DNA of 64,000 nt, from positions 7,192,001-7,256,000 of the forward strand of contig JBHGNT010000016.1 of NCBI GenBank assembly GCA_043228905.1, read 5' to 3'. The DNA comes from Azolla caroliniana. Its lineage: Eukaryota; Plantae; Polypodiophyta. Below, in pieces: positions 12,132 to 23,542 of the stretch. Within the stretch, counting starts at the first letter, position 1. The number at the start of each line of letters is the position of its first letter. The notes beneath the pieces were generated by a model, which was given only the letters and a program-made list of their open reading frames with translations, did no database searches and was not told the origin of the DNA. Both the position numbers and the translations under genes were made by a program.

Positions 12132-13790
12132 GCACACATAAGCCCCAGCTTCTTTATCATCTAGCTTTATCACTTCCTCGAATGCATGCCTTCCTAGCTC
12201 CAAATTCCGCCATTTGCGGCATGATCCTAGGACAGTAAGCCATAACACAACATTTGGATGAAAGGTTGTCTTCTTCATTGTAGCAATAGCCCTCTCTATT
12301 TGGCCAGCACGGCCAAGGAGGTCGACCATGCAAGTATGGTGTTCAATTGTGGGTGTGATGCCAGAGTCTTTTGTCATGAACTCAAAATATGTATGACCCC
12401 TCTCGATCAACCCAGCATGGCTACATGCATTCAATACACTTACAAAAGTGATCGAATTCGGTTTCCCACCTTCTCTTCTCATTCGTTCAAAAAGGCACAG
12501 CACATCCTCAATCTCTCCAAGCCTGGCATGCCCCGTGATTAGAGAGTTCCACAAGACTACATCTCGAACTGGAAGAGTATCGAAGATCCCATGTGCTTTA
12601 GCTAACAATCCACATTTGGCATACATGTCAACTAAAGCAGTGCCGAGAACCACATCCTTTTCAAGAAGATCCTTTCGGGTGATGTAGTTATGGATCTCTA
12701 TGCCTTTATCTTTAGCTCCAATTAGGCCACATGCTTTCAAACTGGAGGAGAGAGTGATAGAATTGGGAGAGATACGATCACGTCTCATTTGTTCTAGACA
12801 TTTTAGAGCTTCCTCACCATATCCATGTTGGACATACCCTGCAATTAATGCAGTCCAAGTAACCACATCTCGAACTAATAACTCATCAAACACATCCTTA
12901 GCTCTTCTAAGCAAACCACACTTAGCATACATATCAATGAGAGCATTGCCGAGCACAAGGTCTCCTTTCAATAACAATCCTTGTTTAGATATTTCGGCAT
13001 GTATTTCCTTACCCACATATATAGCCCCAATGCTTGCACACGCTTTGAGGCTACATGTGAAAGTATAAGAATTGGGAGAGACTCCTTCAAGTCTCATCTT
13101 TTCAAAGCAAAGGAGAGCTTCTTCACATCTTTGATGTTGGACGTATCCTCCTATCAAGGCAGTCCATATGACTACATCCCTTACAGGAAGAGAAATCAAT
13201 ACATGATGAGCTTTCTCAATCAATCCGCACTTAGCATACATATCTACTAATGCACTGCCCAAAAAGCAGTTTTTTGACAGAAACCCTAATTTAGCCATAT
13301 GGGCATGCAGCTTAGATCCTGTTTCTATGTCTTTTAGCTTGGCACAGACCTTGAGTAAAGATACAAAATTATACTCATCTGGGTGTATAGGGACATTCGC
13401 ATCTTTTCCATTTCTTTTCATTTCCGCATTTGCTTTCTCTTTTTCATTCGATTCTTCATCGTCTTGCATTTTCTTATACAACATCAGGGCATACGCGGGC
13501 TGACCACATCTGATATATCCATGGATGAGAGAATTCCAAGAAGACGCGCTCTTGAAAAGCATGTGATCGAAGGTTTTCTGAGCATTGGACAAGAAATCGG
13601 GGTCTGCAAGCAGAGAGACGAGGCGATTCCCAAATGCTCGATGAGATGTTGGGAACCCTGTTTTCTCAAGGATTGAAAGGAAGCAGAGGGCATGGATCGT
13701 CGGCTGTGTTGAGTCTGAGGTATAATGGAAGGTAATTTTAGCTGCAGTTTGAACCAAAAACACACCAAAAAAAAAACTAAAACCCTTCAT
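12021..13790 (-). CDS. PLS-class pentatricopeptide repeat protein, E subtype (no DYW domain); probable organellar RNA-editing specificity factor
   Basis: 589-aa ORF with P-L-S triplets (ALVDMYAKCG..A..VFD.L.VRDVVxWTALI.GY.QHG, TFxxxLKACxxIGA), followed by S2/E1/E2-like HHTCMVDLLGRAG...WLTVLGSCRKW...AYVCMANMY. No PG box or HxE/CxxC. The exact start is uncertain because an acceptor-like ttcaaactgcag lies near 13743. Confidence 0.92.
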   Translation of the reverse strand: MKGFSFFFGVFLVQTAAKITFHYTSDSTQPTIHALCFLSILEKTGFPTSHRAFGNRLVSLLADPDFLSNAQKTFDHMLFKSASSWNSLIHGYIRCGQPAYALMLYKKMQDDEESNEKEKANAEMKRNGKDANVPIHPDEYNFVSLLKVCAKLKDIETGSKLHAHMAKLGFLSKNCFLGSALVDMYAKCGLIEKAHHVLISLPVRDVVIWTALIGGYVQHQRCEEALLCFEKMRLEGVSPNSYTFTCSLKACASIGAIYVGKEIHAEISKQGLLLKGDLVLGNALIDMYAKCGLLRRAKDVFDELLVRDVVTWTALIAGYVQHGYGEEALKCLEQMRRDRISPNSITLSSSLKACGLIGAKDKGIEIHNYITRKDLLEKDVVLGTALVDMYAKCGLLAKAHGIFDTLPVRDVVLWNSLITGHARLGEIEDVLCLFERMRREGGKPNSITFVSVLNACSHAGLIERGHTYFEFMTKDSGITPTIEHHTCMVDLLGRAGQIERAIATMKKTTFHPNVVLWLTVLGSCRKWRNLELGRHAFEEVIKLDDKEAGAYVCMANMYVDANMQKDAMKIEAMRVRNEAWKARKLEMEC

Positions 13791-13831
13791 TCATTCATCC
13801 ATCCATGCACTCTCCAATCCAATTAACACTC

Positions 13832-13948
13832 GGCAACGGTTCGGTTTGAACCCAACCGAACCTGAAACCATGGCTTAACGGCTTCACGGTTTCAACCGTT
13901 CGGTTCAGTTCAAGTTCAGGTTTTTGTAAACGATTCGGTTTTGGTTCA
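13832..13948. repeat. CGGTT/AACCG-rich MITE-like fragment immediately upstream of the PPR ORF
   Basis: Repeated cggttcggttt / aaccgaacc motifs. Confidence 0.5.
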
Positions 13949-14450
13949 TTCATTTCATATTCACTCACTCACTCATGCGCTCATTGGAGTCCAATGTTTG
14001 ATTCTTTTATCAGAAAGAATTCATCATTGTTAGAATTCCAACCAATTCCGGCTTATTGAAATGGACGCATTTTTTAGCATTCCCTCCGATGTCTTTTTAA
14101 CCTCTTCATGAGCCAGAAGAAGAAGGCATGAGTCTTGCACGTATGCACTCTCTCTAGTGCAGATGGAAAACCCATAAAAAGACTCTTACAAACTTATTAT
14201 GCTCATATGCAACCTTTACTTGAGTGTGCTCATATTTTCATGCAATCGACATATCATCGTTAACCACTTGTGGACTCTTCCTAGAGAAGAAAGTTTATGT
14301 TGGGTTTATAGTTTGTACATTGGATTGCAACACTTTGCAATATTGTTTGGAACATGAAAAAGAACATTTGTTTTGGTGAAAATGATTTATATTGGGTCTA
14401 CCTTTCCTCTCAAAAGACTTCCTTCCGTTAATACATGTGTCGCCTCAAGG

Positions 14451-15004
14451 TGTCTCGCATTGAGGGCACATCTTTATTCCACAGGGAATCCCTACCCTTT
14501 TCATATTCGTTGTTGAGGGGCTTGGATCGTCATATACCCAACTAGTGTGATTTGGGGGAGAGCGGTCATCAATTGTCCTAGAGTTGCTAGCATCATCTAC
14601 TCTAATCTCGCAAACCCTGATTCGCCTTTCTCACATTCTAACTTAAGCAAGAGGTTAATTGGAGCCTCATTAGAGCTTAATTGTTATTAATAAAACAAAG
14701 CCACACAATAAAATAGTAATCACACCTCAATTAAATTAGTTATCACAATAAATGCAAATAAGGGAGCAATTAAGGTTTGGCTAGTTAGCCTTAACTTTAA
14801 TTAAGGAAGGCCCTAAAGAGTCATAAAAATTGGCTTTCATAGCTTTGGTAGGGTTTGCCCTTTTCACACAAGGGTAAGCCTCTTGGCCTTTAGATCTCTT
14901 CCCTTTCCTTAGTTTATTCCCTTCACTTGGTCCTTTGTGTCCTTCAATGTCTTCATTAGCCATGTTATGCATGGGAGGTGCTTAACAATGCTTGAAGGGT
15001 GACA
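14451..15004. mobile_element. Possible old solo LTR
   Basis: Starts tgtctc, ends gtgaca. aggtg follows the end and overlaps the start (imperfect TSD). Confidence 0.3.
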
Positions 15005-15840
15005 AGGTGATCCATTATGCTATGGTGTTTTCTTAGCCCAAGTGCTTATCTTTGATTCTTATTATACATCTAAATAGTTTTTCCATAAGCAAGTAGACAA
15101 TAATTGTTTGCACTATTCACATCTCCACCTTTATATAAAGGTTTGATCCGATTAGTACACCAAACATAAGGCATGTTACATTGGAATGCATCATTAAACC
15201 TATCATGTAAAGAATCGGGTATGATTCTTGTGTAGCGAAATAGATGTGAACTGTGTGTGTGTGTATAAGAGAGAGAGTGTGAGTGAAAGAGACAAGGAGT
15301 AAGACACAGAGTATACGCAAGGTAGATTATATTAACAAAGGAGAAAGACTCAACTAAATACAAGGTGGGAGGAGGGTGCTTTATATAGTCACCCTCTCTC
15401 TTCATTAACTACAACACTCATGGAGCATGGGGAATGTGAAAGCTCATAAGTTATGTGTCATAGAATATGATTCTATGACTCATACTAAATGCTAGAATAC
15501 AAAGAGGTGACATAATGGTGACTCTTGACCGTTGGAGTGTCTATTCACTCTCAAGGTGAGTTCACACACTAGACCAAGTTGAGCTTGATTCTCAACACGC
15601 CCCCTCAAGCTCAAGTCGGGTCGGTTTCAGACGGTATCCGAAATCCACTTCGACTCGCGTTCTGGAGTCAGCATTGACTCGCATTTATGCGGAGTTGCGG
15701 AATCCGTGCTCCAGCTTGCGTTGTGCGTAGTTGCGAAGTTTGTGCTTTGGCTTGCATCTTTCTTTGCGGCTCTTCACGGTAGATCGGCTCTTCGCGGCTT
15801 CGTTGTGTGGTTGCGTAATCCACATGTTATTGCGTAGTGT

Positions 15841-15951
15841 GCGCGGTTTGCGGAATCCACGCGTTATTGCGTAATGTGCGCGGTTTGCGGAATCCACGCG
15901 TTATTGCGTAATGTGCGCGGTTTGAGGAATCCACGCGTTATTGCGTAATGT
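15841..15951. repeat. 37-bp tandem repeat x3 (plus a partial copy) in the copia A 3' region
   Basis: gcgcggtttgcggaatccacgcgttattgcgtaatgt at 15841, 15878 and 15915. Confidence 0.95.
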
Positions 15952-18900
15952 CTTCAGTACTCCCCCTCAAGCTTGGCAGGTCAAGGATCGTCAATCCGAG
16001 ATCGGTCATGAATTGCCATAGCTTGTCAGCTCCTAAGGCTTTAGTGAAGATGTCGGTTGTTTGAAGATTGGTGCTAATGTGTTGTAGGTCAACATCGCCA
16101 TCTAGAACACGCTCTCGGATGAAGTGATAGTGCACTTCGATGTGCTTTGTCCGCGCGTGGAACACCGGGTTCCGAGCCAGATAGATACTACTCATGTTGT
16201 CGTAGTAAAGGGAAGTCGGATCCTTGATGGGTACACCCAGATCCTTGAGTATCCTTTTGAGCCATACGGCTTCACATGCGGCCACTACCGCGCCCCTGTA
16301 TTCCGCCTCTGTGCTCGGAAGAGCGACGGTTGGTTGCTTTTTGCTACTCCAGGATATTGCTCCGTTGCCGAGGGAGAAAACAAATCCGCAGGTTGATCTT
16401 CTATTGGCTTTGTAGTCGGCCCAATCGGCGTCTATGTACCCCTCGAGTTGTATTGGCATCACAAACTTGTAGAGGATGGCGCAATCCATTGTGCCGCTCA
16501 CGTATCGTAGAACTCGTTTAGCGCATTCCAAGTGAGTATCACGCGGTGTTTGCATGAATTGGCTAAGGAGACCGACCGGATAACTGAGATCGGGACGAGT
16601 GATCGTGAGGTAGATGAGACTCCCAATGAGTTGCCGATACTGAGTCGGCTCACACGCTTTGGTGCCGGAGTTCGCATCTAGTTTGAGATTGCGATCGAGC
16701 GGGGTTGCCGCGGATTTGCACTCAGCCATCCCGAACTTGTATAACAAGTTGAGGATGTAGTGCCCTTGAGAGATCATGATTCCGTTTGGAGTCCGAATTA
16801 CCTCTATGCCGAGGAAGTCGTGGAGCTCCTTCATGTCCGTCATATCGAACTTGTCGGAAAGGAGGGATTTGACCTTATTGATTTCGACGAGATGCTCACC
16901 TCCAATGACTAGGTCATCCACATATAAGATGATGAAGATCGGACTTGCGGAATCGCTTCATATGTAGAGGGAGTTGTCCGATTTTGACATACGGAAGCCG
17001 ATTTGATGAAGATATTGCGTTATCTTCGAATGCCAAGCACGCAGTGCTTGCTTGAGGCCATAGAGTGGCTTCTTGAGTCGGCATACAGCTTTCGGATGGG
17101 TGCTCGAGTTGAAGCCGGGTGGTTGTATCATCTACACCTCCTCTTCTAATTCGTCTTGTAGAGGGAGTTGTCCGATTTTGACATACGGAAGCCGATTTGA
17201 TGAAGATATTGCGTTATCTTCGAATGCCAAGCACGCGGTGCTTGCTTGAGGCCGTAGAGTGGCTTCTTGAGTCGGCATACAGCTTTCGGATGGGTGCTCG
17301 AGTTGAAGCCGGATGGTTGTATCATGTACACCTCCTCGTCTAATTCGTCTTGTAGAAAGGCGTTCTTGACATCCATTTGATGGAGGTGCCACCCTTTCAT
17401 CGTGGCAAGCGCAATTACGGTCCGTACCGTCGTCATCTTTGCCATCGGGGCAAAGGTCTCTTCGTAGTAAACTCCGTGCGTTTGTGCGTAGCCTTTCACT
17501 ATGAGTTGCACTTTGTAGCGGTTGACAGAACCATCAGCGTTGTACTTCACTTTGTAAATCCATCTGCATCCGATCGCCTTTTTATGTGGTGAGGTGGGAA
17601 CGAGATCCCACATCTCGTTCTTGCGTAGTGCCTGCATCTCCTCGTTCATGGCTTCGATCCATCGTGGATCCTTGGCTGCTTCGGAAAATGTTTTCGGCTC
17701 GCGTACTGTCGCCACCTTCATCATAAAGGCATAATGATATGCCATGTAGTCGTTGTAGCCGAATCGGTTGACCGGATTCTTTTCACGGGTGGAGCGACAG
17801 AGCTTTTCATTTGCAGAGATGAGGGCTTTCTTAGCTCCGATTGGTACATCGAAGCCGCCAAACTCACTGTCGAGTGAGTGAGTCAACTCATCGTCGTCGA
17901 AGCGATCGTCTTCGTATTCCGCCATTTTCGCCTTGCCTTTGTCCATCTTCGGCCTAGGCTGTGATGTGCTTTGATCGCTCAAAGGCTCTTGTGGTCCCCT
18001 TAGTCGGGTCGTGATCGGACTTTCTTCAAACATGCGCGTAAGGCTATCTTCATCCTCTATCTCTTGTTCCGCGGATTCCGGGTCGAGCGGAGTCGGAGTC
18101 GAAGTTGTCTCTGGTGCGTACCAGGATGCGGACTCGTCAAACACGACGTCTCGACTTACTCGAGATTTTCGAGTTGAGGGGTTGTAGCACTTGTACCCCT
18201 TTTGCTCCAGTGAGTATCCTACAATGATACATTTCTCCGACTTCGGGTCAAGCTTTTGACACTTCTCGTCGGGGATGTGCACGTACGCTATCGCGCCGAA
18301 TATTTGGATGTGCGATAGGTTCAGCCTCTTTCCGAAGTATTTTTCGTGCGGAGTGACCTCGTGCACCGGTTCATTAGGTAGACAGTCGTATTTGCAGCTT
18401 CGGCCCAATAAGACTTGGGCATATGCTTCTCGTTCATCATGGCCCGCACTACTTCGAGGATGTGCCGATTTTTGCACTCGGCTACTTCGTTTTGTTGCGG
18501 AGTGTGTCGGCAAGTGAATTCTCGCTGAATTCCTTCCTTTCAGAGATACCCCGTGAAATCGTCCAAGAAGTACTCCTTGCCGCCATCCGATTGAAGGCAT
18601 CGTACATGTCGGCCCGTGGCTTTCTCGACTTCATTCTTGAATTTTTGGAAGTGTTCGAACACTTCGCTCTTTTGCCGCATCAGGTAGATCCAAGTGTGCC
18701 TGGAGAAGTCATCGATGAAGAGCACGTAATATCGGCATCCACCGAATATAGCCATCTGCGCCGGTTCCCATACGTCGGAATGGATTACGTCGAGTAGACC
18801 TTTGCTCACGTTCCGCTCTTTCGGAAATGGGTGTCAGTGTTGCTTGCCAAATTGGCACGCTTCGCATACACCTTCAATCTCCTTCTCTTTGAATGTCAGG

Positions 18901-20453
18901 AGTCCGACGACGACTCCTTTCGATTTCATTGCTTTGAGTTTGTTGAGATTGATGTGGCCGATTCGCTTGTGCCATAGCTCTATGTCAAAGTCGACTTTCG
19001 TGCTTTTTGCGAACATGGCGGATTTTATCTTGTGTGAATCGAGAATGAACATTCGGCCCTCTCTTCTTCCGCGCGCGATGATTCGGCCCTCTTTTTCGAT
19101 GAAGCACCCTTCTTGGTTGAATCGTACTTGCATCCCTTGCTCAACCATCTGGCCAACCGAGACCAAATTCTTCATGATGGTGGGAACATGCAAGACATTT
19201 TTAATGCATGTTTGCTTGCCTCTTTCGTCGAACGGAACATTGCCGATGTGCCGAATCGGGTGCGTAGTGTCATCACCAGTTTCGACATAACCGGGTCGCT
19301 CCGGCTCTCGAAGTTCGAGAAACCATTCTTTATGAGATGTCATATGGTTTGAGGCTCCAGAGTCAACAAACCATACGTCTTCTGGATTGAGGGCACTAGG
19401 TGAGGTAGAGGCCGACATAGAGTTTGCTCTATGTTTCATCATGAACATTCCGCCACGGTCGGAGTTGTGTGCGTACATTCTACCACGATTTTCGTAGTCA
19501 GAGTTGTGCCCGTACATTCCGCTATACTCTTCGTAGTTAGAATTGTGCGCGTAATTCGTGAGTTGTCGGCTTGTCGGCTTGTGGAAGCCGATTCGTGTAT
19601 CTTCTTTCAGCACTCTTCTTCGTGGTGGCTGAACTTTCCACAATATCCACATTCGGTTGCGTTTTGACGGCTCGGGCCGAAGTGGAAGCTCCCCCTTCTT
19701 GCGAAGGTTCCTCGTTAGCTTCCGTTTTGCGGCCGAAATTGGGAGTTGTTGTCGTAGGTCAGACCTCGTCCGCCTTGTCCTTGGTTGAATCGGCCTCTCG
19801 CTCGTCCGTGTCCTCTTCCGCCGTTCAAGTGCATGTAGAGCATGTGGTCTTCCGACTCATTGCTCCTTGTACGCACGTGGTTTTCTTCAACCAATAGCAT
19901 TGATTGGAGCTCGAAGAAGGAGGGAGATTTCTCTCGTGCTAGAACGGCGGTTCGCATCGCGCCGAACCATGGTGCGAGGCCGCCGAGGCATATTTGCACC
20001 ATCTCATCATCATCGATACTTACGCTTATCGAGCCGAGCGAGTCGCAAAGCTCCTTGATCTTCAAGGTGTATGTCGTGATGGACATGTCCCTTTGTTGAA
20101 TGTTGTTCAACTCTTGGCGGAGTTGAAGCCTTCTTGCGGTTGTGTTCGCCGCGAAAATCTTTCGTAGATTTTCCCATGCTTCCTTCGGCGCCTTGGCTTT
20201 GCGAATGTAGCCAAGCATGTGATCGTGAACACATGTCGCCAAGCAATACATCACGCGGCTTGCGGCTTGCTCCCATGTCGCGTATCCGTGCTCGGCGGGT
20301 CGGTCTTCGTGCGGGTCGGTCTTCGTGCTCTCCTTTGATGTAGCTCTAATAGCCTTGTCCGACAAGGTATTGGTGCATCTTGTACTCCCAAGATACAAAG
20401 TTGTTTCGATCCAACTTCTCGGTAGGGAGAGCGCTCCCCATTTGAGTATTCAT
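15938..20453 (-). pseudogene. Copia A gag-pol (gag, PR, INT, RT, RNase H), frameshifted
   Basis: Fragments: gag 19715-20398; PR WFVDSGASNHMT and GAG-pre-integrase LWHKRIGH...CEAC in 18834-19652; INT HSDVW...FIDDFSR 18540-18809; RT 17146-~17700; YVDD..RNase H 15938-16921. Confidence 0.92.
16963..17356. repeat. 194-bp tandem duplication inside the copia A RT
   Basis: Bounded by tgtaga at 16963, 17157 and 17351; the two copies are nearly identical. Confidence 0.93.
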
Positions 20454-23047
20454 TATGTCGATTCTTCTTCTTCTTCTTCTCTCTTCGAATGCGAGCTATG
20501 TAACGAAGCTATGATAGCGATGAGCCGGTTCTTGGTCATCGACGTAGAGCACAACACACGATCACAATGAGACGAATGGGCTAGATCGAGCTACCAAACC
20601 GCTCTGATACCATGTAAAGAATCAGGTATGATTCTTGTGTAGCGGAAATAGATGTGAACTGTGTGTGTGCGTGTGTGTGTGTAAGAGAGAGTGAGTGAGT
20701 GAAAGAGACAAGGAGTAAGACACAAAGTATACGCAAGGTAGATTATATTAACAAAGGAGAAAGACTCAACTAAATACAAGGTGGGAGGAGGGTGCTTTAT
20801 ATAGTCACCCTCTCTCTTCATTAACTACAACACTCATGGAGCATGGGGAATGTGAAAGCTCATAAGTTATGTGTCGTAGAATATGATTCTATGACTCATA
20901 CTAAATGCTAGAATACAAAGAGGTGACATAATGGTGACTCTTGACCGTTGGAGTGTCTATTCACTCTCAAGGTGAGTTCACACACTAGACCAAGTTGAGC
21001 TTGATTCTCAACATATCACTTATCTATGCATGTGATTCCTTTCCTGTCCATCTGAGAATTTCGACCTTTATACATTAATGATCTCTCTTACCTTTTGAGA
21101 GGCCAAATTCTTAAGCTAGATGCATATATGTTCAATTGTAAACAAAGGAGGCATATCCGAAAGAGAACCATAACTTATTATCTTCTCAATGTTTAATTAT
21201 TCATGTAAGTTCTTACAATGCATAAACAAGTCACCATAATTATCAACATGTTTCCTCGTTAGGATTTTCTAAAATCTAGTGCATGCATGTGCTTGCTTTT
21301 GTGTTTGGATAATTTGTTGAGTAACTTCCCATATTCTTCTTTCTTTGAATAAGTTTTTTGTGCTCATACAAATGCTTTTGATAAATTTCCTTATCCTTGA
21401 GTATATCCCAACTCATAAGACACTTTTGAGCTTCATGGTATACATCATCAAATGGTTTTTTTGTCAAACTACATTTCTTGTTGTCCTTGCGAGGTATGTG
21501 TTTGGCCAAAAACCATTTGTTTGTGCATGAGAAAATGAGTTTCTTGAAATCTTCCCGTTTGCACTCTACAATTGCACCATGTTGTAATTTTGTCATTTGT
21601 AACATATACTCAACCATATTGGAATACATGAGTGGTCATTTTAGGTCTATGCTCAAATATGGTTCACATTCACCAATTGAGATCAAAGCATAAAGTCCTA
21701 TGATTAGGATTTGGTTTCCCATTCACCTATTGAGAGAGAGAGAGATATATATATATATATTTTATCATTATTGACTGAGGTCAAATATGACATATGAGAC
21801 AAAAAATATTACATTTCACTTTATACATGTGAAAGTGAGTAGTGACTCTCCAAGTTCAATAACTTTACCAATGAATTTTGCAATTGAGAGTGCACACTGT
21901 GATTGTGAGATAAATTCATGCAAGGTTTGGGTTTGGTGGTGTGGAAAGCATAGTTGAATGTGATCAAAGGCACACACACACACGCACGCACGCACGCACA
22001 CACATTAATGAAAGATCTATAGGTTAGGTTTCCAAGAGATAAAGAACTACCAAAAGTGGGTTTTGTGGGTTTTACAATATTTTATGTCTTTCTCTCTTAC
22101 CTTCTTTTAGTAGCATTTACACCTATATTCTTAGCACTAATGTCAATATAATCATTGTTCAAGACAATGAGACATGAAGTTATGGCAAGTACTTAACCCT
22201 TACAAAGACACGAGTAATAGATGGTGGTTATAATGAATTCATTCAACCACAAGGTCACATGCAAAGTAGTGAGTTTGTTAGATTTTGTTGAAATAGTTCA
22301 TATAGGACTTGAGATTAATGTCGAATACGACGAGCGTTCCATAAAAATAATTGACAAACTTTGCAAGTTACTTAGTATCTTGTATGAGACTTGAGTCTTG
22401 CATGGAGGGTTAGTCACCTACAATTCATGCCTAATTCAAGTGAAAGGAAGCTTGACCTACATCCCAACTCACAAACCATTTTGAATGAGCCAAATACACT
22501 TGCATCTAGTGTTGTTCATGAGGATAAACACGACCCGGTTTCCTAGGGATTGTTTGCATTAATGACATTGTTCCCATAGCCACGCCATGCATTGGTCATC
22601 CAATGGGCTATAATGTAGATCTCTATAAATGTAGGTTGAAAATGTAAAAAGTAGGAAAAGGCACTTTTGGAATTTGACAATTAGTCAACTTTCTAAACAT
22701 CTATAAATCATTTGTAATGTAAGAAGGCCATTGGCATGCTTATTAAGGAGGTTCTTAGAATTAAGTAGCAAGCAAGGTTCATCCAAGATGATGGAGGCAT
22801 ACATGTATTGTGTAAAGGTAACGATATTAACTAATTGCATTGCCCTTTGAGTAAACCTTAAGCATTGAATGTAAAGTTTACAATTGGGTAGTTGATAACT
22901 AACAATACATACATGAATCTCATATGTGAATGTTAATAGGTTATGCACCTCAACATTACGAATTATAGATTGGATATAGATGGGCTCTTTTATGGGGCCC
23001 TGAAGATCTTACAAAAAAAAAGCATAAGTTTTGTTACATGTCAATCA

Positions 23048-23542
23048 TGTTAGTGTTAGTGCTTGCCCACAACCGAGTCTTCAACTCTCGATTGAAGAAG
23101 TAAACAGAAGATAACAATGCACTTGACAAGATAGAAGAGACAACACCAGATGTTAACATGGAAAACCCTGATCGAGATAAACCACGGGAGCCCACAGACT
23201 CCAACTATCACTATGAGAGAGAAGGGATACAATAGAATGAGACCTCGAGCTCTGTACCTTCGCCAACATGCGGTTACAACAGAAAAAGCTTTCTGTCTAT
23301 CTCTCTCTGTGTACAACAAGAATAATAATACCAACACACATAACAATATTGCCCTAGTTATATTTATACTTATATAACTTTGGGTTATTTACAAATATGA
23401 CCTCGAACAACCACATTGGAATATATATACATATACTAATCTATGGCCGGATACTAATTAGATCCATCCGATCTAGTTCCTTCCTTCGGCTCGTCCGATC
23501 CGGCTCCTCCGGTTCTCATCCGGAGGGACCGAATTCCCAACA
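23048..23542. mobile_element. Solo LTR (495 bp), related to the copia C LTR family
   Basis: tgttag...cccaaca flanked by TSD AATCA (23043-23047 / 23543-23547). Shares ccacaaccgag, tggaaaaccc, accacgg and catccggagggacc...ccaaca with LTR 61549-62173. Confidence 0.88.

Larger units (their letters stand above)
15206..21013 (-). mobile_element. Full-length Ty1/copia LTR retrotransposon A (defective)
   Basis: LTRs 15206-15597 and 20613-21013 (TG...CA); TSD TATCA at 15201-15205 and 21014-21018; tRNA-iMet PBS (revcomp gctctgatacca 20601-20612); PPT revcomp cgccccctcaag from 15598. LTRs differ by a few substitutions and microsatellite indels. Confidence 0.97.
15070..21700 (-). mobile_element. Degenerate LINE split by copia A
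   Basis: Left flank on the minus strand reads FNDAFQCNMPYVWCTNRIKPLYKGGDVNSANNY (LINE RT N-terminal W....I.P..K.GD.....NY). The right flank 21019-21700 is degenerate upstream ORF2-like sequence. Confidence 0.6.

Noticed and set aside
12258-13768. Overlapping antisense/alternate-frame ORFs over the PPR gene (and similarly over the copia ORFs)
   Set aside because: Shadow ORFs of real coding sequence with no independent evidence.
15841-15951. 37-bp repeats resembling a CRISPR array
   Set aside because: Head-to-tail with no unique spacers, inside a plant retrotransposon, and no cas genes.
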